DNA of 64,000 nt from Methanomassiliicoccaceae archaeon. Its GTDB lineage: Archaea; Thermoplasmatota; Thermoplasmata; Methanomassiliicoccales; UBA472. Location of the stretch: the NCBI GenBank assembly GCA_963751645.1, contig CAVVVD010000007.1, positions 327,841-391,840 on the forward strand, written 5' to 3'. A program made the position numbers and the translations under genes. Below the pieces are notes generated by a model. The model was not told the DNA's origin. It saw only the letters and a list, made by a program, of their open reading frames with translations, and did not search any database. The first letter of the stretch is position 1; every line of letters begins with the position of its first letter. Of this stretch, positions 31,632 to 42,248 are shown in pieces.

Positions 31632-33609
31632 TCACATCTTTACGGTTAGGGTATATTGTGCGTAGTCGGTTATCCCTTCAGGAGCGCAATACGTTATCAG
31701 CATCGCCACCTTGGAATACATGGTAAGGCTCGACATCAAGATGCCAGCCATCTCGGTCACGTCGCTGAACATGACCTTGGAGATTGTGTATGTGGTGCCG
31801 AACATCGTGGTGCGGAAACCGACCAGGGTGAGCATGAAGTCGTTCTCGATCGGGAGTACCTCAGTGATGTCCATGAACACCGAGGCGTCCTTGCCGTCAG
31901 AGATCAACGCACCATCGACATAGACGTTGTCGATCCACCATCCACCATAATATAAACTCGTGTCCGTTACCATACGGAACCCGATCAGGATGTCTTGACC
32001 AGCATAGGCAGAGAGGTCAAAGGTCAAGGACTTCCATGAGGTCACATAACTTGTGAGACCAGGTAGGTTCTCAATAACCTTGGGGAGGGCGTTAGGATCC
32101 GGGTTGGAATCGGTATAGGCGTTGGCCAGGCTCTTCCACGTGTGACCGCCATCGGTCGACACCTGCACGAATCCATAATCCCAATAATCCTCCAGGTCCC
32201 ACAAGGAATCGAATTTCAGAGTCCCTCCACCCTGGGCTTCAAAGATGGCCCAATTGTCGAGCATATTCCCGGTCCCGGACCAGAGCACGTTTCCGTCCGA
32301 TGTCCATCTCGTGTCTTGGGCGTTGGTGTCCGCCCCATCGAAGACGACCTGCTTGGCGTTCTTCTGCAACCATATGTAATCCGTGCCCCAGGCCGGAGCT
32401 CCAGGGGTCGCAAATGCCTCAGGGTTCGGTGCGGACGGAGTACCAATGTCTATCTTGAAGTTCTCTCCTTTGAACCCATACTGGTAGTTGTTCATCGACC
32501 AATCGATGAGCAATGCCACAGAGAAGTCCCTATATAGATCGGCAAACCTCCTCGGGGTCCCAAATGATGCCAACGCCGAGTTGATGCCAGAGATGCCATT
32601 CTTCGGTTCGTTGAACATCTTCTTGATCATCGTGGTCCCGAATTTCTCGTATAGGAACAAGGTCCACATGTAGACCAATCCATAATCGGCTAGGACCTCC
32701 AGGCCGCCCTGGTCCTCCCATGCCACCAAGGAGTTCTCTGGATGCGTTACAAGGTCTCCGGTATGGGACACTGGGCTTCCATATCCACACAAGGGTATGG
32801 AGAAGTCCGCTAACCCCTCATTAACGAACGACTCCTCATCAGGATCAGAATCACTCATCAAACAGATGCTCCATCTCATGTGCGATGATGCCCTCGTAGA
32901 GGTATGGTCTGGATCCTCCCGAGCCCATGCGGTTGGCCCAGTCGTAACTGTCGATGCTTATGACGTTCCTATCGAAATATGCCTCAAAGATGGGGAAAAG
33001 AACCCAGCGATATAATTCGGATAGGTAGGATCATAATAGTTCGCGTCCCTGATGTTGCTAACCAGTATCACGAATTTATCTCCTGCATAATAACCGGCTG
33101 GGAAATACCCCCAATCTTCCAGGAGTGAATAGGTTCCATCATGATGATCAGGAGCCCGGAAGTAGTCGGTCATCTTAAGACTGATGACGTTCTCATATTG
33201 GCCTAATAGATAATCGACCTGAGCCTGCGTCACGACCGGGGTAGACAGGATCTCCGGCGGGCCATGCAAGATTGGTTTGGACCCAGATCTCGGCCGATGG
33301 ACCCACTGCCACCTTGTAGAAGTTTGCGAAATAATAACCGGACGTATCATCCAAAATCATCCATGTTTTTACTTCCAGGATGTTCAACGAGGGTGTAGCA
33401 GAGATGGATGCCGCGTCCGACTCAGCATTCCCATTAAGCGATGCGCCCAACCCGTCTTCGGACACATGCCAGGACCGAATCTCCGGCCCTGCATCATACG
33501 GTCGATAATCAGGCAATTTCGCTGTCGCCGCATCAGCATGCTGGACGGGATAAAATAACACCACCAACATGAGTGCCGCTACAGCTATTGGTATCAATTT
33601 CTTGTACAT
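31632..33609 (-). CDS. Second secreted Zn metallopeptidase, paralog of 23917..26007 (multiple frameshifts)
   Basis: Signal peptide MYKKLIPIAV; QVDYL, SNIRDANYYDPTYP.YIAG, AHEMEH, FVNEGLAD, WDLEDYWDYGFVQVSTDGG, FDLSAYAG across several frames. Confidence 0.75.
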
Positions 33610-34139
33610 GTTCCTCCCCCTTCGTTCTTACGCAATGCGTTAGAAGGTGATGTTACAGGTTCATTAGAGATATTTGTAAATTTTTTTAATTATCATTTGA
33701 GATAATTGACATTGAATTTAGCAAACCAACATCAATAATTGGGCCAGAGCGGCTTATTTTCAAATGTAAAAATAAAACTCTATTCATAATTATCGATGGT
33801 GTAATCTCCAAAGTTAAGAGGGTTGATCCTATGGCACGGTAAATCAATTAGAATTTTAGACGGTGCATGAAATCTAAGTCAAGCGCATCGATCTATTGCA
33901 ACGCTTGGGCTCCCGCAACCTCAGAAAATATGTTACTGCGTAGGATATGCTTCGGAAACTCGATTGAGAATGGGGGGGGGGAGATGCACCCATTCAGCCA
34001 TAAGGTCAAGGCATAATTCGAGATGGCCCGACCACCCATCCATTGGGTCGCTGGCCCATTAATATTCCTCATATCGCTCGAGCCAGGTCTTTCCCTCCCA
34101 ATAGGATTTATCTATCTCACCGGGCATGTCGGGACCGTG

Positions 34140-34589
34140 GTGTCAAATAGGCCCCTAGGCGTCACGTTGATCGCCCTGTTCCTGGTGCTGATCGGAATAA
34201 TCGCATTCCTATCGGCCGCTGGAATGGTCTTCCTGGCCACATTGTCCTTAGAACAGATCCTTGATTTCATCGAAGGGGAACCGTCCCAATGGTTGATCGA
34301 AAACTATCCTCTGATATTCGGTACCATCGGGTCGGCGCTCATTGCCGAAGGTGTCGTCGCCTTGATTTTAGCTTATGGGTTCTGGAAGGCCAGTACGTGG
34401 GCTTGGATGGTTGGGATGGTCTTTGCCCTTATATCGATACTAATCGCGTTCATCCAGCCTTGGGTGATCGGGTTCAGCGACCCCGCCTGGGTATCCGAAT
34501 TGGCCTGGTCGTTGCTCTGGCCATGGGTTCTAATAATCTACCTGAACCGACCGAAGATCAAGATCTACTTTGGAAGGGTCCCACATTAA
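34140..34589 (+). CDS. Archaeal 4-TM membrane protein
   Basis: RPLGVTLIA, G.WK...WAW, IIYLNRPKIK.YF; start uncertain (ORF from 34023). Confidence 0.7.
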   Translation: MSNRPLGVTLIALFLVLIGIIAFLSAAGMVFLATLSLEQILDFIEGEPSQWLIENYPLIFGTIGSALIAEGVVALILAYGFWKASTWAWMVGMVFALISILIAFIQPWVIGFSDPAWVSELAWSLLWPWVLIIYLNRPKIKIYFGRVPH

Positions 34590-34665
34590 TTTTGATGAAC
34601 TCCTCCACAAAATGGTCGAAGGAAGCTCGAATTTATTCGAATCGATCCTGGCATAAATGATCCAA

Positions 34666-35001
34666 TCACGATCTGGTGGGAGGATCGCATATGGCTTTCG
34701 TGATGACCTCGGTGAGCTTCTCCTCCGTGGGCACTCCACCGAAGAGCGCCAGCACCTCATTGATGAACAATGCCGGCGTGATAGCCGAACCATACTTCTG
34801 GAACATAGGTCTGATGGGGGCCATGTAAGCGTACTGCATGCTCATCAGGGCGTCCGTGACGGTAACGAGTTCCAGGTCCGCCTCCCAACTGTTCTTCGCC
34901 AGGACCTCCTTGATCAGATCGGCGTATCGTCTGTCGTACTGGGCGAATTTGGGGTCACAACACGCGAACGAGAGGATGGTGAGCTTCAGCTTACTTGCCA
35001 T
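34666..35001 (-). CDS. Thioredoxin-fold CC-motif protein (ArsD/MTH895-like)
   Basis: N-terminal FACCDP; TPALFINE...GGVPTEEKL; overlaps arsA stop. Confidence 0.65.
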   Translation of the reverse strand: MASKLKLTILSFACCDPKFAQYDRRYADLIKEVLAKNSWEADLELVTVTDALMSMQYAYMAPIRPMFQKYGSAITPALFINEVLALFGGVPTEEKLTEVITKAICDPPTRS

Positions 35002-35911
35002 AGAGCACCTCACCGACCATACGGATCCGGTCTATGCCATAGATGTCCGTGTCGAACAAGGGTACCTCCCTCTTGATCTGGTCGGGGAATCGCACCTCGA
35101 TCTCCTGGAGGTACCTGTCCTGGGTGGCCCTCCTCCTTTCCAGGAACCAGTTGCCCTGGAGCACATCTTTGGGTATGACCTCGTTGATGATCATGGCTGG
35201 GACGTTGATCCCAAAGCCCTTGAGGTCGGTGATGGCCCTGGCCGTCTCCTCGATGGGGAGGCGCTCTGGCAGCAGGACCAGGTTGAACGCGGATATGCTC
35301 TCGTCGCTCAATCCGCGAACAGCCTTATCGTAACGCTCCTTCTCCACCTTCAGATCGTCGACCATCTTTTCATCGTAGACGAAACCCAGGGCCTCGGACA
35401 GCTCACGTCTGTTCTTGATCTGGTTGGTCATATAGCTGGACCAATCGAAGGGCATGGAGAGCTCCCGCAAGGTGTGACCGGTGGGAGCGGTATCGAACAC
35501 GACTTTGTCATGGGTCGTGTCCTCGAAGAATGATACGAACTGATCGAAGGCGGCGATCTCCTCGGTGCACGGGGTGCTCAGCAGCTCGCTTCCGAAGAGC
35601 GTGGCGAACCCGGACAAAGTGCCCTCCAGTCGCGTCTGGAACATGCCCATGGCCTTCTTGGGGTTGATGTTGAGGCCACAGAGGTTCCTGGCCGTCCCTA
35701 TCTTGGTGATCTCCGTCTCGCTGATGCGCTGCTCATATATCGCAGATAGGCTGACGGTAGGGTCCGTAGCCACGATCAGGGTGCTATATCCATGGTCCCC
35801 CAACCAGGTGGCGGCCGTCGCTGCCATGGTTGTCTTCCCAACGCCACCTTTACCACCGAAGAATAGGAACTTCCGATCCTCAAGGATCTTGCGCAGATCG
35901 TCTTGGCTCAT
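34991..35911 (-). CDS. arsA: Single-domain ArsA/GET3-family ATPase
   Basis: GKGGVGKTT, TDP, PCTEEIAAFD, FDTAPTGHTLR, PE.LPIEET. Confidence 0.88.
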   Translation of the reverse strand: MSQDDLRKILEDRKFLFFGGKGGVGKTTMAATAATWLGDHGYSTLIVATDPTVSLSAIYEQRISETEITKIGTARNLCGLNINPKKAMGMFQTRLEGTLSGFATLFGSELLSTPCTEEIAAFDQFVSFFEDTTHDKVVFDTAPTGHTLRELSMPFDWSSYMTNQIKNRRELSEALGFVYDEKMVDDLKVEKERYDKAVRGLSDESISAFNLVLLPERLPIEETARAITDLKGFGINVPAMIINEVIPKDVLQGNWFLERRRATQDRYLQEIEVRFPDQIKREVPLFDTDIYGIDRIRMVGEVLYGK

Positions 35912-35924
35912 CGTTCCTGAGAAT

Positions 35925-35949
35925 GTAACCAACGTCAGATAATGGTTAC
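35925..35949. promoter_or_regulatory. Inverted repeat between arsA and heliorhodopsin
   Basis: GTAACCA-N11-TGGTTAC just upstream of the arsA start. Confidence 0.35.
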
Positions 35950-36107
35950 CCTCGTTGGATTCAAACATCATGCGCTATTATACGGTTACTTCCCAAATGC
36001 GTAAGCGATCATCCAACATGGTATATCTGGACATATGAATGGAACGACCCGCGACCCAATGAAACTATTATATCCAATAGGCTCTCTTGATTCCTCAAGG
36101 TGATTTA

Positions 36108-36894
36108 TTGGGAGTTAAATTCGTTGATGCTACAGAGGAGCAGAAATTCGCCAAGTTGAGGAAATTCAACATTGGGGCCGGATTCCTGCACTTATTCCAA
36201 GCTATTTTGATGCTCGTAATTGCCAACTACGCGGTGACGATGACATTCACGACATCATTCCTAGATGCCGCGAACGGGTATCCGCCGACCGTGCCATCCG
36301 TGCCCACCGAACTGTTCTCCGTGGCCGTGGGTCCAATGGTGGCCTTGTTCCTGATGCTATCGGCGATAGCACACCTCAGCGTGTCGACATATGGTTATGA
36401 TTGGTATGTGAAGAACCTGAAGATGGGCATCAACAAGGCCCGGTGGTTCGAGTACGCCCTCTCCTCCTCGATCATGTTGGTGGTCATCGCTTGGCTCGTC
36501 GGCATGTTCGATTTCGTATCGATCTTGCTACTGTTCTGCCTCAACGCCTGCATGAACCTGTTCGGGTACATGATGGAGCTTCATAACCAGACCACCAAGA
36601 AGACCAATTGGACCGCTTTCTACTTCGGCTGCTTCGCCGGGCTCATTCCTTGGGTGGCCCTCATGATGTACTTCTTCGGGGTTTCTGGTGGGAGTCCGCC
36701 GACGTTTGTCTATGGCATATTCGCCTCGATAATCATCTGCTTCAACATCTTCCCAGTTATCATGGTGCTCCAATACAAGAAGGTGGGGAAGTTCAAGGAC
36801 TATCTCTACGGCGAATATTGGTACATCATCCTGAGCCTGGTAGCTAAAACGTTATTGGCCTGGCAGGTGTTCAGCTGGTACCTTGGTATCATAA
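36108..36894 (+). CDS. heR: Heliorhodopsin
   Basis: 7 TM; LRKFN, GFLHLFQ, SAIAH, N..RWFEYALSSSIM, FGYMME, PP.FVY, GE..YIILSLVAKTLLAWQVF. GGTGA RBS before TTG 36108. Removing one A near 36873 gives FAGTLVS-stop at 36894. Confidence 0.93.
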
Positions 36895-38443
36895 ACATCC
36901 AGACAAACCTTTTCCTATCATTTTTCCTCTTTCCATAGACTCCTCAGGATATCGATGGACCTGGCCGTAGGTCTTGAGCTCCTTGCCATCCAGGAAAGAT
37001 ATTGTCCCATGGCCTCCACAGACAAGGCATGGTCTTTGCCCGTCAACATCAGAGAGCTTCTTGGCCAACTCGATCAACACTCGTCTTTCCTGGTCCGCTC
37101 GTACGCTGTCGACGTTCACCGTCGTCATCAGGTTCTTGGCCAGCAGATTATAGCGTGAGCGCTCCTCGTTCAGGCTCTTGAAGTTGATCAAGCTATCACC
37201 TGTGAAAAGCACCCCCTCCTTCTCGGCGACGAAGAACACCTGGCCATGAAGGTGGCCTCCCAAACCATCGAGCACCTTCAGCGTCATATCGCCCACCCGG
37301 ATGGAGCCGATGACATTCAGGCCCATCACCTCCCCGATGGGGGTGAGGTCAAAGAGCTCCATTTCCTCTGGCGGTCTGAACGCGGAGAAAAGGTTGATCA
37401 GCTTGGTATAGACGGCCTCGAGCACCGAGCTTTCCGAAACGGACCCATAGGCCCGATTGGCGGCGTTGATGATGTCCGCCGTCCCTGGATGGACGTATAC
37501 TGGTGCGGGGAAGGACCAAGCCCCGCCAGAGTGATCGGCGTCGGCGTGCGTGATATAGATGCCCCTCAATCGGGACATGTCCCCCAATCCGTAATGGGCC
37601 AGCATATTCCTTCAGATCATCCTTGTATTGACCGTATCCCGTGTCGATTATGACCATGCCTTCCCGGTCATTCAGAACATAGATGTTACCGCCACAAGGA
37701 GGTTGGAAGCAGAACAGCTCCACCTTCTCGGTGACATCGATACTCTGCACTTCCGCATAGAAGTCCGGCCCCGTCGACATCTTCAAGGCCCGTCCCGTTT
37801 CGAGAACGCTATTGAACACAGCCTTGGGGTCCATGTCCTGATTGGTGAGCTCCTGGACGATGTGGTTGATGTCCGATAGCAGCTTCATGAGGAACTGGTC
37901 CTCATGGTCCCCGATGATCTCACGCAGCTCCTGGGCGAAACGGATGTAGAAAACGGTGTCATCCAGATGCTTTCCGGTGACATCGTACTCGAGGATCTCC
38001 AACGGATAGCGCGACCTCAGTTGTTCCAAGAGCCGATCCAGCTTGGTAACGTCATCCAATGTCAAAGAGATGGTCACCTGGTCAGGGTGCTTGCTCTGGT
38101 CATCGAAGTCCAAGAAGGCTATGTTGCTGTGGGCGGTGGTGGTGTAGTGCAAGAACTCGAACAGGGCGCCAGCACGATGGGGCAAGACCACCTTGAACTT
38201 AAGGAAACCCAACTTGGTCAGGGACGTCTGCAGGAAACCGATCGCCTTCAACTCCCTTTCGATGGAAGCATATTCCACCGGATCGCAGATGACCTCGAAG
38301 AAGACCACATAGGGGTCGATGCGCCTATCATAATGGATGCGTTCTATGTTCCCCCGGTAACGCTTGACGATCTCGGCGGCGGTATGCAATGCCCCCGGCT
38401 CGTCAGGCATGCGAGCGATGAAATAGAACTTCTGGGTGCTCAT
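36889..38443 (-). CDS. Tandem ACT-domain + MBL-fold hydrolase (frameshift near 37605)
   Basis: MPDEPGALH and LPHRAGALF ACT starts; IDTGYG, THADADH, GGH, FTGD, GGHG. Confidence 0.8.
36905..36934 (+). terminator. Pyrimidine-rich terminator after heliorhodopsin
   Basis: AAACCTTTTCCTATCATTTTTCCTCTTTCC just after the inferred stop. Confidence 0.45.
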
Positions 38444-38523
38444 CCAGGAAGCGATGGCCAGGGTTAGACAAATACTTTCTCAGGGCCGAATGAAAAAAAT
38501 ATCCAAGGAGGGATATCGGGTCG

Positions 38524-39253
38524 ATGTGCCGTATGTTGGCGGTGGTCACTGTCCCATTGGACACCGAGTTCACATATGGTTCCCTCATGCATTTATTCGA
38601 TCTGTCTGGAGAGCATCGCCACGGGTGGGGCGTGGGTCATTTCACCGAGGATCGGGCGGTGGTGGAGCGGGAACCAGTGCAGGGCGAACCGGTCGGCGTT
38701 AGCTCGGGCCGCGGCGCTAAGGGCGCGGTCACCCACCGTCATCGGCCACATCCGCAAGGGTTCCGTGGGCGGTCAATCCCTCGAGAACACTCACCCTTTC
38801 ACAGATGGCCATTGGATATTCTGTCACAACGGGACGATCGACATTCACGCGATGTTGAGGGCTCGCCTCACCGATATGCGGTCGACCCGATTGAGAGGGT
38901 CCACAGACTCAGAGGTGTTCTTCCAGTGGTTATTGCAGAACATGGAGGAGCAAGGTGATCCCATCGGAGGGATAGAAGAGGCCCTCCAGTCCATATTGAG
39001 AAAAAAGGGCAAGGGGACCACATCTTTGAACTTCCTTCTCAGCGATGGCACAATCACATTCGCCTGCAACCTCTCCTTTGAGAGACATGATTACTTCCGC
39101 ATGCATTACAAGCAGGGTGCTGGGAACAGCCGATCGCCTCTGCAGATCTGCTCCCAACCGTTGGGGGAAATGGATGGATGGGAACCTGTGGACGATGCCA
39201 CTTTGACGATCATCCGAGAAGGCACGAAGATGAGTTTTCAGAGCATCGATTGA
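38524..39253 (+). CDS. Class II glutamine amidotransferase (YafJ-like; frameshift near 38680)
   Basis: N-terminal MCRML, HGWG, HIRK, NTHPF, HNGTI, GSTDSE. Confidence 0.85.
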
Positions 39254-39256
39254 AGA

Positions 39257-39489
39257 TCACTTCTTGCTCTCAGAGAACTTGACGGCGATCTTGAAGGAGT
39301 TGAGCATACAGGGCTCTGCGTAATATCCTTTCATGTTCCTGAGCTCCTCTACATCTGGTCCGCGGAACGCCCCTTCAGGTCCTCCGCATCCCTCACACCG
39401 AGCCGATAAAGGCCCTCTGCCGCATTCTCTCCCACGCCTGGAATCTTCCGCAATCGTGCTATGACCTCAGCTTTGTCCCCTTCTACCAT
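39257..39489 (-). CDS. Small helix-hairpin-helix protein (Cdd1/TfoX-C-like), one frameshift; absent from ORF track
   Basis: My translation: MVEGDKAEVIARLRKIPGVGENAAEGLYRLGVRDAEDLKGRSADQM / EELRNMKGYYAEPCMLNSFKIAVKFSESKK. Confidence 0.7.
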
Positions 39490-39544
39490 CTCAACGACCT
39501 CGAAGAACGAGCGCAACCGGTCCTAGATAATCATACCGCCTTTA

Positions 39545-40162
39545 TCACGGTCGGGTATGGATGAGTCCCATGGCCCGGGACAACATGTCCCTCATGGTGG
39601 AACCGGTCTCCATCCAGCTCAATCGTTCCATCGTCAGATAGGCCAAAGTGAAGGCGAAATAGGGCACCAGGTAGTACCAGGGGAACCAACCCAGGGCCAT
39701 CATCAGCACGAGGGCGACGTCGCTGAGGGGACGATACATCATGATCCACCGGACCAGCTTGTGCGCCCCCGCCTTTTGGGCCAGGTCGTCCACAACCTCG
39801 TCGAGGAACCCGGCCAGGATGAATATCACCAACGGCACCAACAGGATGACCGGGTCGGTGGAAGGCCAAAGCACCAGCAGGGTCGCCGTGGCGGTGAGGG
39901 TCCCGATCAGGAACGCACGATTGTCTATCTTTCGCGCAAGGACCAGGCTGATGACCATCGCCCCGAAGAAGGCGGTGGAGAATGGGGTGTCCATGGCCAT
40001 GAGCCCTCCCATGGTCAGGCCCGCCAGGACGGCCAGCAGATTGGCGAGCTTTCGGGAGTAACGTTCCTCGTCGTATGCCTGGTCTATGAACTTTATCGCT
40101 GCGCCCAGGAAGGCGTAGAAAATTACGATCATATAGATGGGCAATGAAAATAGGAAATCCAT
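39545..40162 (-). CDS. Multi-pass membrane protein, unknown function
   Basis: Hydrophobic ORF with IKFIDQAYDE, KIDN, DE motifs. Confidence 0.65.
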   Translation of the reverse strand: MDFLFSLPIYMIVIFYAFLGAAIKFIDQAYDEERYSRKLANLLAVLAGLTMGGLMAMDTPFSTAFFGAMVISLVLARKIDNRAFLIGTLTATATLLVLWPSTDPVILLVPLVIFILAGFLDEVVDDLAQKAGAHKLVRWIMMYRPLSDVALVLMMALGWFPWYYLVPYFAFTLAYLTMERLSWMETGSTMRDMLSRAMGLIHTRP

Positions 40163-40368
40163 GCTATCCCAACGTGTCTGCCTTTATCGGCCTCAAAGAA
40201 CCGCTTAGAAGCCCATCACCCCTTCCCACGTACTTAATGTTTCCTGGACCTGAAAATGAGGGGGTTGGACATCTGGATGATGGAAATTGTATCGATCCTG
40301 ATATCGGTTGACCGATTGGTCAACAGGAACCGGATATTGATATAGTCCCATCCGAGATTCTATTAGCG

Positions 40369-42234
40369 ATGACGCCCCGAGGACGCGCTCTTACGATGGT
40401 CATTGCGATCACGATCACGGTCGGTCTACTATTGACCGGAATGTACTTCCTTTGGCAACCCTCCAGCCAGGAGCTTCCAGCTGGTAACCTTCCAGCGTTC
40501 CAGACCGACCAACAGCTGCGGACATATCTGGACGACCGCGGGTTAGACCAAGGGCGGTCCATGTATGACAGCATGGAGGCGGCGAGCGGGGCGGAACCAT
40601 CGATCAAGAATTTCCATTCCAAGACCAATATCCAGGTGGCGGGAGTGGATGAGTATGACACGGTGAAGACGGATGGCACCTATCTTTACATCGTCTCAGC
40701 AGATCGGGTGAGCATAGTGAGGGCGTACCCGGCATCGGAGATGGCGAACGTCTCCCATATATTGGCCCAGGACCTTCTGGACGATGATGAGCTCACCATA
40801 TATCTGATCGGCATCTACATCCTTGAGGAGCAGTTGATCATCGTCGGTCAGGTCTATGAGTCCTATGGGCCCCTGGCATACGATGCCATTGACATCTGGC
40901 CCGGCATCATGAGGGGTCAGACCATGGTCTTCCAGGTGGATGTGAGCGACAAGACGGATCCGGTCATTTCCCATCGCTATGCCATCTCAGGATACCATCT
41001 CACCTCTCGTCTCATCGATGACAGGCTCTTCGTTGTGACCGACCAGTACATTTGGTATAGCAACGATCAAGAGATGCCCATGGTCTGGCATGATGACGTC
41101 GGTGCGCAACTCTCCCCCCAGGACATTCGCTTCGATCCAAATGCCAGCTACGTAGGTTCCTTCACAAATATCCTCGGGATAGACCTAGGTGCGGGCTCGT
41201 ACAATGCCACATCGGTGCTGACCAGCTATACCAGTATCATCTATGTCTCCCAATCCGACATCTACCTTACCTATGTGGATTGGCCCAGTGCCATGGTCTG
41301 GGTATCGGAGGGGGATGGGAACGATACCGCGGTGGCCCGGGCCGAGCCCACCATGCCTCAAACGACCATATATCGATTGGAGCTGCAGGGCATATCGGCC
41401 GTCCCGGTGGCCAAAGGTGAGGTGGACGGATTCCTTCTAAACCAGTTCTCCTTGGACGCCAAGGACGGGGTGCTTCGCCTGGCCACCACTAGCGGGTGGC
41501 AGGACCAGGAGAACATGGTCTTCACTTTGGACCATGACCTCCAGGTGATGGGCCGCCTCGATGGGCTCGGTCTGAACGAGAGCATCCAGTCTGCCCGCTT
41601 CCTCGATGACACCCTTTACCTGGTCACCTTCGAGCGCGTCGACCCGTTGTTCGTGATCGATCCTCGGACCCCTATCACCCGACCGCACTGGGAGAGCTCG
41701 TCCTCCCCGGCTTTTCCTCCTACCTGCATCCCCTCGGCAACGGCCTGCTCCTGGGCGTGGGCACGGGAGAACTCTACCCTCAAGCTGTCCATCTTCAATG
41801 TGAGCGACCCGTTGCATCCGGTGGAGGTGCAAAGCTTCAGGGCGCAGGGATGGGCCTACTCCGACGCCCAATGGGACCACAAGGCTGTCCTCTTCGACGA
41901 GAGGAATGGTCTGTTCGTCGTGCCTGTACATTCGTACGACCCCACCAACTGGACGGGACAGCAATCGACGTACGTGTTCGAGGTCTCGGTCGATGGCATA
42001 GGGCTCAAGGGCGTGCTGAGCAATGGCGAGACGGAGAGCGCGTCCCGCTCCGTGGTGATCGAGGACTCCCTCTACACCATCTCCTGCAATGTGCTGGCGG
42101 CCTGGTCTTTGTCCGACCTGGAGGCGCAGGGCAAGTTGTTCTATGACGACCTGTTCCTGGACTGGTATCAATATGGCGGTGTGCCGGTCGAGGCAGAGGG
42201 CTCGGAAGGAGCATCGGGTGGTAAGGCGCTCTGA
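40369..42234 (+). CDS. Membrane-anchored beta-propeller protein (Beta_propel type)
   Basis: N-terminal TM; SKTNIQVAGVDE.D.VKTDG.YLY, LLNQFSLD, LRLATT, E.I.SARF, VTF..VDPLFVID, HKA. Compensating frameshifts about 41660-41765 (GFSSYLHP in alternate frame). Confidence 0.85.
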   Translation: MTPRGRALTMVIAITITVGLLLTGMYFLWQPSSQELPAGNLPAFQTDQQLRTYLDDRGLDQGRSMYDSMEAASGAEPSIKNFHSKTNIQVAGVDEYDTVKTDGTYLYIVSADRVSIVRAYPASEMANVSHILAQDLLDDDELTIYLIGIYILEEQLIIVGQVYESYGPLAYDAIDIWPGIMRGQTMVFQVDVSDKTDPVISHRYAISGYHLTSRLIDDRLFVVTDQYIWYSNDQEMPMVWHDDVGAQLSPQDIRFDPNASYVGSFTNILGIDLGAGSYNATSVLTSYTSIIYVSQSDIYLTYVDWPSAMVWVSEGDGNDTAVARAEPTMPQTTIYRLELQGISAVPVAKGEVDGFLLNQFSLDAKDGVLRLATTSGWQDQENMVFTLDHDLQVMGRLDGLGLNESIQSARFLDDTLYLVTFERVDPLFVIDPRTPITRPHWESSSSPAFPPTCIPSATACSWAWARENSTLKLSIFNVSDPLHPVEVQSFRAQGWAYSDAQWDHKAVLFDERNGLFVVPVHSYDPTNWTGQQSTYVFEVSVDGIGLKGVLSNGETESASRSVVIEDSLYTISCNVLAAWSLSDLEAQGKLFYDDLFLDWYQYGGVPVEAEGSEGASGGKAL

Positions 42235-42248
42235 CGCTGGGAGAGCAC

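Noticed and set aside
33972-33981. G10 homopolymer as a phase-variation tract
   Set aside because: It is intergenic, its length is unreliable in error-prone reads, and no link to a promoter spacer is evident.
29085-34100. Integrated mobile element at tRNA-Arg(TCG)
   Set aside because: Intergenic DNA is AT-richer, but I found no integrase, transposase or duplicated tRNA 3' end (att site).
36870-36938. Extended hydrophobic C-terminus of heliorhodopsin in the ORF track
   Set aside because: It is translation of the T-rich terminator after a probable 1-nt insertion; the typical FAGTL ending lies in the alternate frame.
39340-39352. In-frame TAG in the HhH gene as a pyrrolysine codon
   Set aside because: Read-through gives RSSGT then a stop. 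The plausible continuation (EELRNM...) is in another frame, so it is a 1-nt deletion.
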